From the NCBI GenBank assembly GCA_041659765.1, contig JBAZXR010000001.1, positions 44,537 to 108,536 on the forward strand: a stretch of DNA of 64,000 nucleotides, written 5' to 3'. Below are positions 57,749 through 64,000 of the stretch, piece by piece (position 1 is the stretch's first letter; the number at the start of each line of letters is the position of its first letter). Below the pieces are notes generated by a model. It had not been told where the DNA came from. It did no database searches and worked only from the letters and a program-made list of their open reading frames with translations. The DNA comes from Patescibacteria group bacterium. GTDB taxonomy: Bacteria; Patescibacteriota; Patescibacteriia; UBA9934. Position numbers and translations under genes: made by a program.

Positions 57749-58183
57749 ATGGCAATTACTCTATCTAATTTACGCTCAGCTAAGGGTGCTCGCGCCCTGC
57801 CTAAGCGTGTAGGCCGCGGTCTTGGTTCTAAGGGAACCACCGCCGGTCGTGGTCAGAAAGGTCAAAGCTCTCGCTCCGGCGTGGGTGGACTTAAGCGTCT
57901 TGGTATGCGCCACACGCTGTTGGCCACTCCAAAGAAGCGTGGCTTCACGTCTTTGAGCGAAAAGCTGGTGTCTGTGAATATCGGCGAGCTCGAGAAGAAA
58001 ACAATTGCTAATGAAGTAGTTACTCCAAAGACACTCGTGGCTAAGGGATTGATTCCGAAGGGTTCTCACGCAGCTAAGATCCTGGGCGGTGGTGAGTTGA
58101 CGCACGCGATTGTGGTCAAGAACTGCGAGGTTTCAAAATCCGCAGCCGAGATGATCGCGAAGTTGGGCGGAAAGATTGAGTAA
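57749..58183 (+). CDS. rplO: 50S ribosomal protein L15
   Basis: KRVGRG.GS.GTTAGRGQKGQ.SRSG; directly follows rpsE with no rpmD. Confidence 0.96.
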   Translation: MAITLSNLRSAKGARALPKRVGRGLGSKGTTAGRGQKGQSSRSGVGGLKRLGMRHTLLATPKKRGFTSLSEKLVSVNIGELEKKTIANEVVTPKTLVAKGLIPKGSHAAKILGGGELTHAIVVKNCEVSKSAAEMIAKLGGKIE

Positions 58184-58200
58184 CCATTCTTTTGAACGGT

Positions 58201-59466
58201 ATGAACGTATTCCTGCGGATCCTGAAGACGAAAGAGCTCCGGAACGGTCTGCTCTTCATGCTCCTCTGTGTCACGGTATTCCGTATTGCCGCGCACATTC
58301 CGGTGCCGGGGATTGATTCGTCCGGTCTTGAATCTCTTCTGGCAGGAAACCAGTTTCTTGGGCTTTTGAACGTTTTTTCCGGCGGCACGCTGACGAGCTT
58401 TTCGATCGTGGCGCTTGGTGTTGGTCCCTATATCACGGCATCCATCATTTTCCAGCTGCTCGGAATGATTTTTCCGTCTGTAGAGGAAATGCAACAGGAA
58501 GAACAGGGTAGACAGAAGATTAACCGCTGGACGCGTTTGCTGACGGTTCCGCTTTCGTTCCTTCAGGGCTACAGCATCCTGAAGCTTCTTCAGCAGTCCA
58601 GCGCATCGCTCGGAACTCAGCTGACCTTCTCTACCATGGATTATTTGCTCGCCATGCTTTCCATGATGGCTGGGACGATTTTTCTTATGTGGTTGGGGGA
58701 GCTTATCAGCGAGCGCAAGATGGGGAACGGTCTTTCGATCATGATTTTCTCCGGTATTATTGCTTCCATGCCAGGTTTTGTGGCGAAATCGTTTGCGGCG
58801 AGCACCAGCGCGGACACGACGAATATTATTCTCTTCGTGGCGTTGACGCTCGTGACGGTTATTGGCGTTGTCTACGTGAGCGAGGCCGTGCGTAACTTGC
58901 CGGTGCAATATGCCCGCGGTGGTGGCGCAGGTTCAACCGTGAACTCGTCCTTGCCACTCCGTATCAACATGGGCGGTATGATTCCTATTTTGTTTGCCCT
59001 CTCCTTGATTGTGCTTCCTCCGCTTGTGGCGCAGTTCTTTGTGAATGCTCGAACGGAGATCATACAGCAGATTGCTACACAGACCGTCACGCTTTTTGGG
59101 AACAATTTGTTCTACGGAGTTGTTTACTTCATTCTAGTGTTTTCCTTCACCTTCTTCTATTCATCGGTGGTGTTTAAGCCAGAGCAGGTGGCCGAGAACC
59201 TCCAGAAGCAGGGTGGATTCATCCCCGGTGTTCGGCCCGGAGAGCAGACGGCTAAGTATCTCCAGTGGGTCACTAATCGTCTCTTGCTGATTGGCGCGCT
59301 TTTCTTGAGCATAATCGCGGTTCTCCCAGTCTTCATGCAGGAAATCACCGGTACTCAGAATCTGGTGGTTGGCGGTTCGTCCGTCATCATCGTTGTGTCT
59401 GTCATTGTCGATATGGTGAAACAGGTTGAGGCTCAGCTGACCATGCGTAGCTACGACAACAAGTAA
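58201..59466 (+). CDS. secY: Preprotein translocase subunit SecY
   Basis: HIPVPGID, SIVALGVGPYITASII, GNGLSIMIF, NLQKQGGFIPGVRPG. Confidence 0.97.
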   Translation: MNVFLRILKTKELRNGLLFMLLCVTVFRIAAHIPVPGIDSSGLESLLAGNQFLGLLNVFSGGTLTSFSIVALGVGPYITASIIFQLLGMIFPSVEEMQQEEQGRQKINRWTRLLTVPLSFLQGYSILKLLQQSSASLGTQLTFSTMDYLLAMLSMMAGTIFLMWLGELISERKMGNGLSIMIFSGIIASMPGFVAKSFAASTSADTTNIILFVALTLVTVIGVVYVSEAVRNLPVQYARGGGAGSTVNSSLPLRINMGGMIPILFALSLIVLPPLVAQFFVNARTEIIQQIATQTVTLFGNNLFYGVVYFILVFSFTFFYSSVVFKPEQVAENLQKQGGFIPGVRPGEQTAKYLQWVTNRLLLIGALFLSIIAVLPVFMQEITGTQNLVVGGSSVIIVVSVIVDMVKQVEAQLTMRSYDNK

Positions 59467-59470
59467 TATG

Positions 59471-59501
59471 GAAGCAGCCCTTCAGGGCTGTTTTCTTTTT
59501 T
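59471..59501 (+). terminator. Terminator after secY
   Basis: GAAGCAGCCC-TTCA-GGGCTGTTTT plus a T-tract. Confidence 0.7.
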
Positions 59502-59532
59502 ACTATTAGCAGTTATCATCCCCCAGTAGCTT

Positions 59533-60084
59533 ATGCATAGAATATTCATCTTGGGGCCGCAGGGGAGTGGGAAGGGGACGCAGGCCAAGAAATTGTCAGC
59601 CTTCCTCGGGATACCGTACCTATCCATGGGCGATCTTTTGAGAGAAGAGGCAAAGGGAGAGGGCGAGCTTTCTCAAAAGGTGCGGGCAATCGTGGAGACT
59701 GGTAGTTTAGTATCGGACGTTGTGGCTGAAGCAGTACTCAGGAAGCGTTTGGCAGAGCCGGATGTGGCGAATGGATATATTTTGGACGGCTTCCCGCGGA
59801 ACTTTGAACAGATGAAGGCGTTTGTGGGATTTGATCAACCAACAGCAGTTATCGTGATCGACATACCAAAGCGTGAATCACGGGCTCGCTTACAGAACCG
59901 AGCAATCACGGAAGGCCGCACGGATGACACACCAGAGGTCATCGAGAAACGACTCGGCATCTATAGTACAGATACCGTTCCGATTATTGAGGAATACAAG
60001 AAGCTTGGTGTCGTGCGAGAAGTTGACGGGATGGGAACCATTGAAGAAGTAGCTGAGAGAATTCAACGGCTTTTTGTTTTATAG
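59533..60084 (+). CDS. adk: Adenylate kinase (short LID)
   Basis: GPQGSGKGTQA, SMGDLLR, LDGFPR, GRTDD; position after secY. Confidence 0.92.
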   Translation: MHRIFILGPQGSGKGTQAKKLSAFLGIPYLSMGDLLREEAKGEGELSQKVRAIVETGSLVSDVVAEAVLRKRLAEPDVANGYILDGFPRNFEQMKAFVGFDQPTAVIVIDIPKRESRARLQNRAITEGRTDDTPEVIEKRLGIYSTDTVPIIEEYKKLGVVREVDGMGTIEEVAERIQRLFVL

Positions 60085-60162
60085 GGTCTACGAATGTTCT
60101 CGTAAAAATTTGGAGTCGGGTTACCTCCTAACAAATTTTTCCGAAAACATTCTTCGCCCCTA
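60082..60162 (-). repeat. SD-apex long hairpin element, copy 5
   Basis: Core GAGTCGGGTTACCTCCTAA at 60113-60131; arms AAAAATTTG/CAAATTTTT and GAATGTTCTCG/CGAAAACATTC; near-identical to the reverse complement of copy 4. Confidence 0.9.
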
Positions 60163-60174
60163 ACCAATACCAAT

Positions 60175-60957
60175 ATGGCGCTAATCAAAACTGCAGAAGA
60201 AATCCAGGCGATGCGTGAGGGCGGGGCGTTGCTATCAAAGGCGCTTCAGGCCGCGGTAGACATTGTGAAGCCGGGCGTGACGATGCGACAGCTCGACGAT
60301 ATTGCTCGAAAGACTATTGAAGATGGTGGCGGAAAACCGTCATTCTTGGGGTATAAAGGCGGTAACAAAATCCCGTTCCCTTCGACTGTTTGCATCTCGG
60401 TTAATGAAGAAGTTGTCCACGGGGTAGGCTCGCGCGAGATAGTGCTAAATGAAGGCGACATTGTCGGACTCGACATTGGCTGTTGGTATAAAGACATGTG
60501 TACAGATATGGCTGTGACGGTACCGGTTGGAAATATTTCTAAGGAACTCAAGGAGCTTCTCCATGTTACTCGAGATTCAATGCGTGCCGGTGTTGAAGCA
60601 GCTAAGGTTGGCGGAGTAGTGCGTGACATCAGCCAGGCTGTTGAAGGCGCGGTGAACCAAAAGAAGTATGGAATTGTTAAGGCGTTGGTCGGCCATGGCG
60701 TAGGACATGCGGTACATGAATCGCCACACGTGCCGAATTACGTCGATAGCTCCTTTCCGAAGACGGCGCTTAAAGAAGGAATGTGTTTGGCTATTGAGCC
60801 TATGTTGACGCTCGGGACTGATGACGTAGTTACCGCGAAAGATGGTTGGACGATTGTTACCGCAGACAATTCACTCGCTGCGCATTTTGAGGTGACCATC
60901 GCACTGCTTCCAGGCGGCCCAGAAGTATTGACGCCAGAGCCTACCGTCAAGATCTAA
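60175..60957 (+). CDS. map: Methionine aminopeptidase type I
   Basis: CISVNEEVVHG, GDIVGLD.G, GHGVG..VHE.P, AIEPM, AHFE.T. Confidence 0.97.
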   Translation: MALIKTAEEIQAMREGGALLSKALQAAVDIVKPGVTMRQLDDIARKTIEDGGGKPSFLGYKGGNKIPFPSTVCISVNEEVVHGVGSREIVLNEGDIVGLDIGCWYKDMCTDMAVTVPVGNISKELKELLHVTRDSMRAGVEAAKVGGVVRDISQAVEGAVNQKKYGIVKALVGHGVGHAVHESPHVPNYVDSSFPKTALKEGMCLAIEPMLTLGTDDVVTAKDGWTIVTADNSLAAHFEVTIALLPGGPEVLTPEPTVKI

Positions 60958-60998
60958 AAAAGAAGAGGTCCCTTCGGGGTTTAAACCCGAAGGGACCT
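60957..60998 (-). terminator. Terminator of a minus-strand transcript convergent on map
   Basis: Minus strand AGGTCCCTTCGGG-TTTAAAC-CCCGAAGGGACCT-CTTCTTTTTT. Confidence 0.8.
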
Positions 60999-61323
60999 GA
61001 GATGCACCCTATCCTGCGCTGGCCAGCGTCCAAGATTTCTACGATATCTATTCGTCCCCATCCCATCGAATTGGCACCCGATGGACGTGTGGACGGAGAT
61101 GATCCTGCGGGCCCGGGTGTGGGGGACCCATCCTCTTTATGAGATTTTGAGCTGAGTACCGGCGGCACTCGAAGCTGGCCGATCTCGACCCCTGTTGTCT
61201 TTGCGTTAAGACTGACAGGAGCTCGCCTCCACGGGGGATGTCCGTGTTTTTTCCCTTGCAATCACTCCGACTCTCCATGCGGGAACCAGGATTGACTGCA
61301 AATTGAGGCATTCACGATATGGT
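60999..61323 (-). ncRNA. Candidate ~330-nt structured non-coding RNA
   Basis: Own consensus promoter and terminator; at least six consecutive hairpins with G-U pairs on the minus strand; no convincing ORF. Confidence 0.6.
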
Positions 61324-61329
61324 GACAAT

Positions 61330-61358
61330 ATGCTAGCATTAGGCGAGAGTTTTGTCAA
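61330..61358 (-). promoter_or_regulatory. sigma70 promoter of the candidate ncRNA
   Basis: TTGACA(61358-61353)-17-TAGCAT(61335-61330) with extended TG. Confidence 0.75.
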
Positions 61359-61378
61359 TAAAATCGCTAATATTCGCT

Positions 61379-61585
61379 ATGCACGAGCGTAAAGAGATCC
61401 ATGAGGCCTTTCTTCGCCAGGCCCTGCAGGCTATGGGAGTAGAAGACGCGGTCTATGTGACAGAGAATAGTTATGATGGCGGATATGAGATTCGGGTAGG
61501 TTCTTGTGACTTTTTTGTAGATTACGAGACGGCAGACGAAGAAGACGCGGAGTATATTAAGAAGCAACTGAACTTATGTTCATAA
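61379..61585 (+). CDS. Small acidic hypothetical protein
   Basis: 68 aa from ATG 61379; overlaps the start of the next gene. Confidence 0.55.
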   Translation: MHERKEIHEAFLRQALQAMGVEDAVYVTENSYDGGYEIRVGSCDFFVDYETADEEDAEYIKKQLNLCS

Positions 61586-62028
61586 AAAAAGAAGATGCAA
61601 CTGGGTTAGTAATTTTGTTCGTGATGATGGTGATAATCGCCACTTTTTTTGTGCTTGCGCCAAACGCGCCGGAGATCAGCTATAGACCCGTGGAGGAAAC
61701 AGGAAGCGCCTTAATCGTCGTTGACCCGACGCTCGATAACCTAGGCGAGATTCACGTGAGCGCCACGGTGAAGACGCCTGGGTTTATTACGTTCCATGAG
61801 GCAATCGGCCAGGCGCCGGGAGGAGTAGTTGGCGTTTCAGAATACTTGCAACCTGGGGAGTATAAAGATTTGGTTATTACGCCTTTAAGACCGCTCGAAA
61901 GGGACAATCAATACTTCGCTCTGATGTTTAAGGATGGAGGTAATCATAAATATGATCTTGGTGTAGACCTTCCTATAATGAGCAATGGGGCAGTGATTAA
62001 AGTTCACTTCATAACTCCCGCGATGTGA
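61576..62028 (+). CDS. Membrane-anchored hypothetical protein (DUF7282-like beta domain)
   Basis: N-terminal TM; PGFITFH...G.VVGVS.YL.PG....L.I...YFA.M..D.G...YD...D.P. Confidence 0.65.
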   Translation: MFIKKEDATGLVILFVMMVIIATFFVLAPNAPEISYRPVEETGSALIVVDPTLDNLGEIHVSATVKTPGFITFHEAIGQAPGGVVGVSEYLQPGEYKDLVITPLRPLERDNQYFALMFKDGGNHKYDLGVDLPIMSNGAVIKVHFITPAM

Positions 62029-62435
62029 AATATCTCGGCGTAGATTTTGGATTTAAGAAAATTGGGCTCGCGTTAGGGGATGATGGCGCTCGCGTGGCCG
62101 TTCCTTTTAGCGTCATCTTTGGCGGTCTCAAGGAGCTGCTCGAAGTTATTAAGGAGGAGCAGATTGAGGCCTTGGTGATCGGACTCGCGGTCCCAGAGGC
62201 TCATCAAAGCCAGACGCAGCTTGAGCGCACGTTAGCCTTTGCCGAAAAACTTAGAGCCGAGAGCGGACTCCAGGTACATGTGGTTGATGAACAATTTACG
62301 TCAACGGAGGCACGACGCGTGCAGAAAGAGACAGGAACTAAGGCGGATGAAGACGCACTCGCGGCCATGTTGATCCTGCAGGCGTATTTTGACGAAGGCT
62401 CCATGGGCGTAGAGCAGTTCTCCGTGAAGCCGTAA
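62025..62435 (+). CDS. ruvX: YqgF/RuvX family RNase H-fold nuclease
   Basis: YLGVDFG.KKIGLA, VIGL, VDEQFTS.EA, D.LAAMLILQAY. Confidence 0.93.
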   Translation: MKYLGVDFGFKKIGLALGDDGARVAVPFSVIFGGLKELLEVIKEEQIEALVIGLAVPEAHQSQTQLERTLAFAEKLRAESGLQVHVVDEQFTSTEARRVQKETGTKADEDALAAMLILQAYFDEGSMGVEQFSVKP

Positions 62436-62441
62436 AACCCT

Positions 62442-63221
62442 ATGTGGTCGTCCCTCAAGACCGAAGCCATGATTCTGACCATCTCGCCTTTTCGGGAGGC
62501 GGATAGGCGCTATTCGGCGTTGACTCGGGACCATGGCAAGATTGAGTTCATTGGCCGGGGCGCGCGGAAGGGGAAGGCTAAAGTAGCACCACATCTTGAT
62601 CCCTTTGCGGTTATCACCCTTGAGATTATTAAGGGCCAGCGGGGCATGACGGTGATTGGGGCTGAACGAGCGCATGCCTTCCGTGAGCTCGCAGGATCGC
62701 TCGACGGCCGAATGCTAGCTCATGCCGCGGGCGCGTTGTTAGAAAAAACAGTTCAGCAGGATTTACCAGACCTTGAGCTTTACGAAGAGTATAAAGCGTT
62801 GCTCCAGTTTTTGAATGATACGAGCGCGCTTTCGCCCATGCGTACAACTTTTGTGCTGGGCGGGTTTCTTTTGCGTCTTCTTTCGATGCTCGGTTACGAG
62901 GTTGAGCTGAACTCGTGTCTGGCATGCAAGGGCGACATTCTTCCGTTGTCATTTCGCTGGCATGATGGCCGGGGCGGACTTGTCTGTACTGGCTGTACGT
63001 TGGCCGAGCCTCAGGAATGGGTGGCGGCGCGAGTTTTGGAAGAGGAGATCGTGACCCTAATGCGTTTTGCACGCGAAGCTCAGTATTCAGACTATGTGCG
63101 GCCAGCGCTTAAGGCAGAGCATGTCAATGCGTTTGCCGCGTGCGTGCATGACCTCATGCGCCACCATGTTCCTGGCTATCAAATGGACGAGCCGTTTTGG
63201 AGTTTGCTTTTTCTTTATTAA
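62442..63221 (+). CDS. recO: DNA repair protein RecO
   Basis: FREADR....LTRDHGK....RGARK OB fold; Zn motif CLAC...GGLVCTGC. Confidence 0.92.
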   Translation: MWSSLKTEAMILTISPFREADRRYSALTRDHGKIEFIGRGARKGKAKVAPHLDPFAVITLEIIKGQRGMTVIGAERAHAFRELAGSLDGRMLAHAAGALLEKTVQQDLPDLELYEEYKALLQFLNDTSALSPMRTTFVLGGFLLRLLSMLGYEVELNSCLACKGDILPLSFRWHDGRGGLVCTGCTLAEPQEWVAARVLEEEIVTLMRFAREAQYSDYVRPALKAEHVNAFAACVHDLMRHHVPGYQMDEPFWSLLFLY

Positions 63222-63230
63222 AATGGCGAA

Positions 63231-63259
63231 CCGCTCCTCCGACGAATCAGAGGAGCGGT
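63231..63259 (-). terminator. Hairpin between convergent recO and the orphan gene
   Basis: ACCGCTCCTC...GAGGAGCGGT inverted repeat. Confidence 0.6.
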
Positions 63260-63283
63260 ACAGAACGGACGACTGCGGCGTGA

Positions 63284-63643
63284 TTAGCCGCGGTGACGGA
63301 GCTCGATCATGAGCGAGCGAATACGAACCTCCTGGATGATGTGGATGTCTTCGCCCTGAAGGAGACGGCGAACCGCACGACGGAACTGGCTGAGTGCCAG
63401 CTTGTTGTCGCGGTTTTCCACATCTATCTTCACGATGCCTTCTACTTCGAGTAACGCGAACGCTTCGCGATCAGCCTGGGTGACTTCCTCTGGCTTGACC
63501 CAAAGGACGCGATTAGCGCTCTTCACGATCTCAATGATTTTCTGGAGGAGCTTGCACGCCTCCATGATCTCCTCGTGGTTGATGACGGCGCTATCGCCGG
63601 AGTGGATTTCTGCGGTCGCGGGGAGCGACGTGTCGAGGTTCAT
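63284..63643 (-). CDS. Hypothetical protein (~119 aa)
   Basis: AGGAG SD before TTG/ATG 63646/63643; helical composition. Confidence 0.6.
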   Translation of the reverse strand: MNLDTSLPATAEIHSGDSAVINHEEIMEACKLLQKIIEIVKSANRVLWVKPEEVTQADREAFALLEVEGIVKIDVENRDNKLALSQFRRAVRRLLQGEDIHIIQEVRIRSLMIELRHRG

Positions 63644-63745
63644 CAAGGCGGGACTCCTGCTAAAAGGCCTTTTTAACATATCACGCGTGGCGTTTTCCGC
63701 GAATATTTATCCACTCTAGCCAGGTCGTTCGCGAAACGACGTGGC

Positions 63746-63774
63746 TTGCAGGAAAAAAATGATTGCGCTATGGT
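63746..63774 (+). promoter_or_regulatory. Promoter of the aspS leader
   Basis: TTGCAG-17-TATGGT. Confidence 0.6.
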
Positions 63775-63780
63775 TTCTTG

Positions 63781-63917
63781 GTAACTGCTCGCGACTGACA
63801 ACCGCGATGGGCTAAAACTTCATAAAAAGTACAAAGCAAGGTGGCACCGCGGAGTGAAATTCGCCCTTAGCACATAATTCTTTAACGGAATTGTGTTGTG
63901 AGGGCGAATTTTTGTTC
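63781..63917 (+). promoter_or_regulatory. Minimal T-box riboswitch (Asp specifier) with terminator
   Basis: Antiterminator AAGG-TGGCACC-GCG...CGC-CCTT (63838-63868), terminator AATTCGCCCT/AGGGCGAATT-TTT, short stem I TCGCG-ACTGACAAC-CGCGA, stem III ACTT-CATAAA-AAGT. Confidence 0.8.
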
Positions 63918-63937
63918 TCCCTCGACACAGAAATTTT

Positions 63938-64000
63938 ATGCAACGTATTCTTACATCAGAGACGGTTGGAAAGATTGGTGAAACAGTGACCGTGGCAGGC
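63938..64000 (+). CDS. aspS: Aspartyl-tRNA synthetase N-terminus (truncated by the window edge)
   Basis: MQRILTSETVGKIGETVTVAG resembles the Asp/AsnRS OB-fold start; upstream T-box with GAC specifier; AsnRS not excluded from 21 aa. Confidence 0.65.
   Translation, partial: MQRILTSETVGKIGETVTVAG

Noticed and set aside
58066-58908. Long antisense ORFs (for example 280 aa opposite secY, 250 aa opposite infB, 230 aa opposite trxB, 229 aa opposite leuS)
   Set aside because: They are shadow frames of well-conserved genes with no recognisable motifs.
1256-60162. CRISPR array or integron attC interpretation of the repeated 19-mer hairpins
   Set aside because: The copies are dispersed singly with no repeat-spacer periodicity, there are no cas or integrase genes, no consistent RYYYAAC/GTTRRRY ends, and the flanking genes are housekeeping.
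60947-61311. ORFs of 104 aa and 87 aa on the minus strand
   Set aside because: Composition is Pro/Arg/Gly-rich and non-protein-like, one ORF runs through the terminator, and the dense strand-specific pairing is better explained by RNA structure. Coding is not fully excluded.

Overview
This 64-kb window is chromosomal core genome from a bacterium that looks like a CPR/Patescibacteria member, probably Parcubacteria. That call is an inference from the missing rpmD/L30 in the spc operon, the compact housekeeping proteins, CPR-style surface proteins and genetic code 11. The window holds nusB, rnc, two tRNAs, proS, HU, rny, truB, mutM, infB and trxA/B, then a ~13-kb surface-protein operon (WxL-like, DUF916-like, cohesin, dockerin and a ~2060-aa fibre protein). 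It continues with rarA, gdhA, leuS, comEC, ndk, murA, the str/S10/spc ribosomal operons through secY-adk-map, ruvX, recO and the start of aspS. The signals that gene calls do not explain are mostly non-coding. (1) Five dispersed 75-90-nt intergenic hairpins have divergent but still complementary stems and a near-invariant 19-nt apex, TTAGGAGGTAATCCGACTC, which is an extended Shine-Dalgarno almost fully complementary to the 16S 3' tail. Their G-U wobbles always fall on that strand, in a genome whose core genes are mostly SD-less. (2) A ~330-nt, heavily structured RNA candidate downstream of map has its own promoter and terminator. (3) An ultra-minimal transcriptional T-box precedes aspS. (4) GTAG-type REP-like palindromes occur, two of them in frame inside leuS and nusB. 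(5) The rpsJ-rplC spacer is structured. Unusual proteins include a divergent RelA/SpoT-like orphan, an EF-Tu with a non-canonical switch I, a Cys115Asp MurA and a secreted protein that apparently starts at ATA. All calls come from reading the sequence; no searches or folding programs were run.
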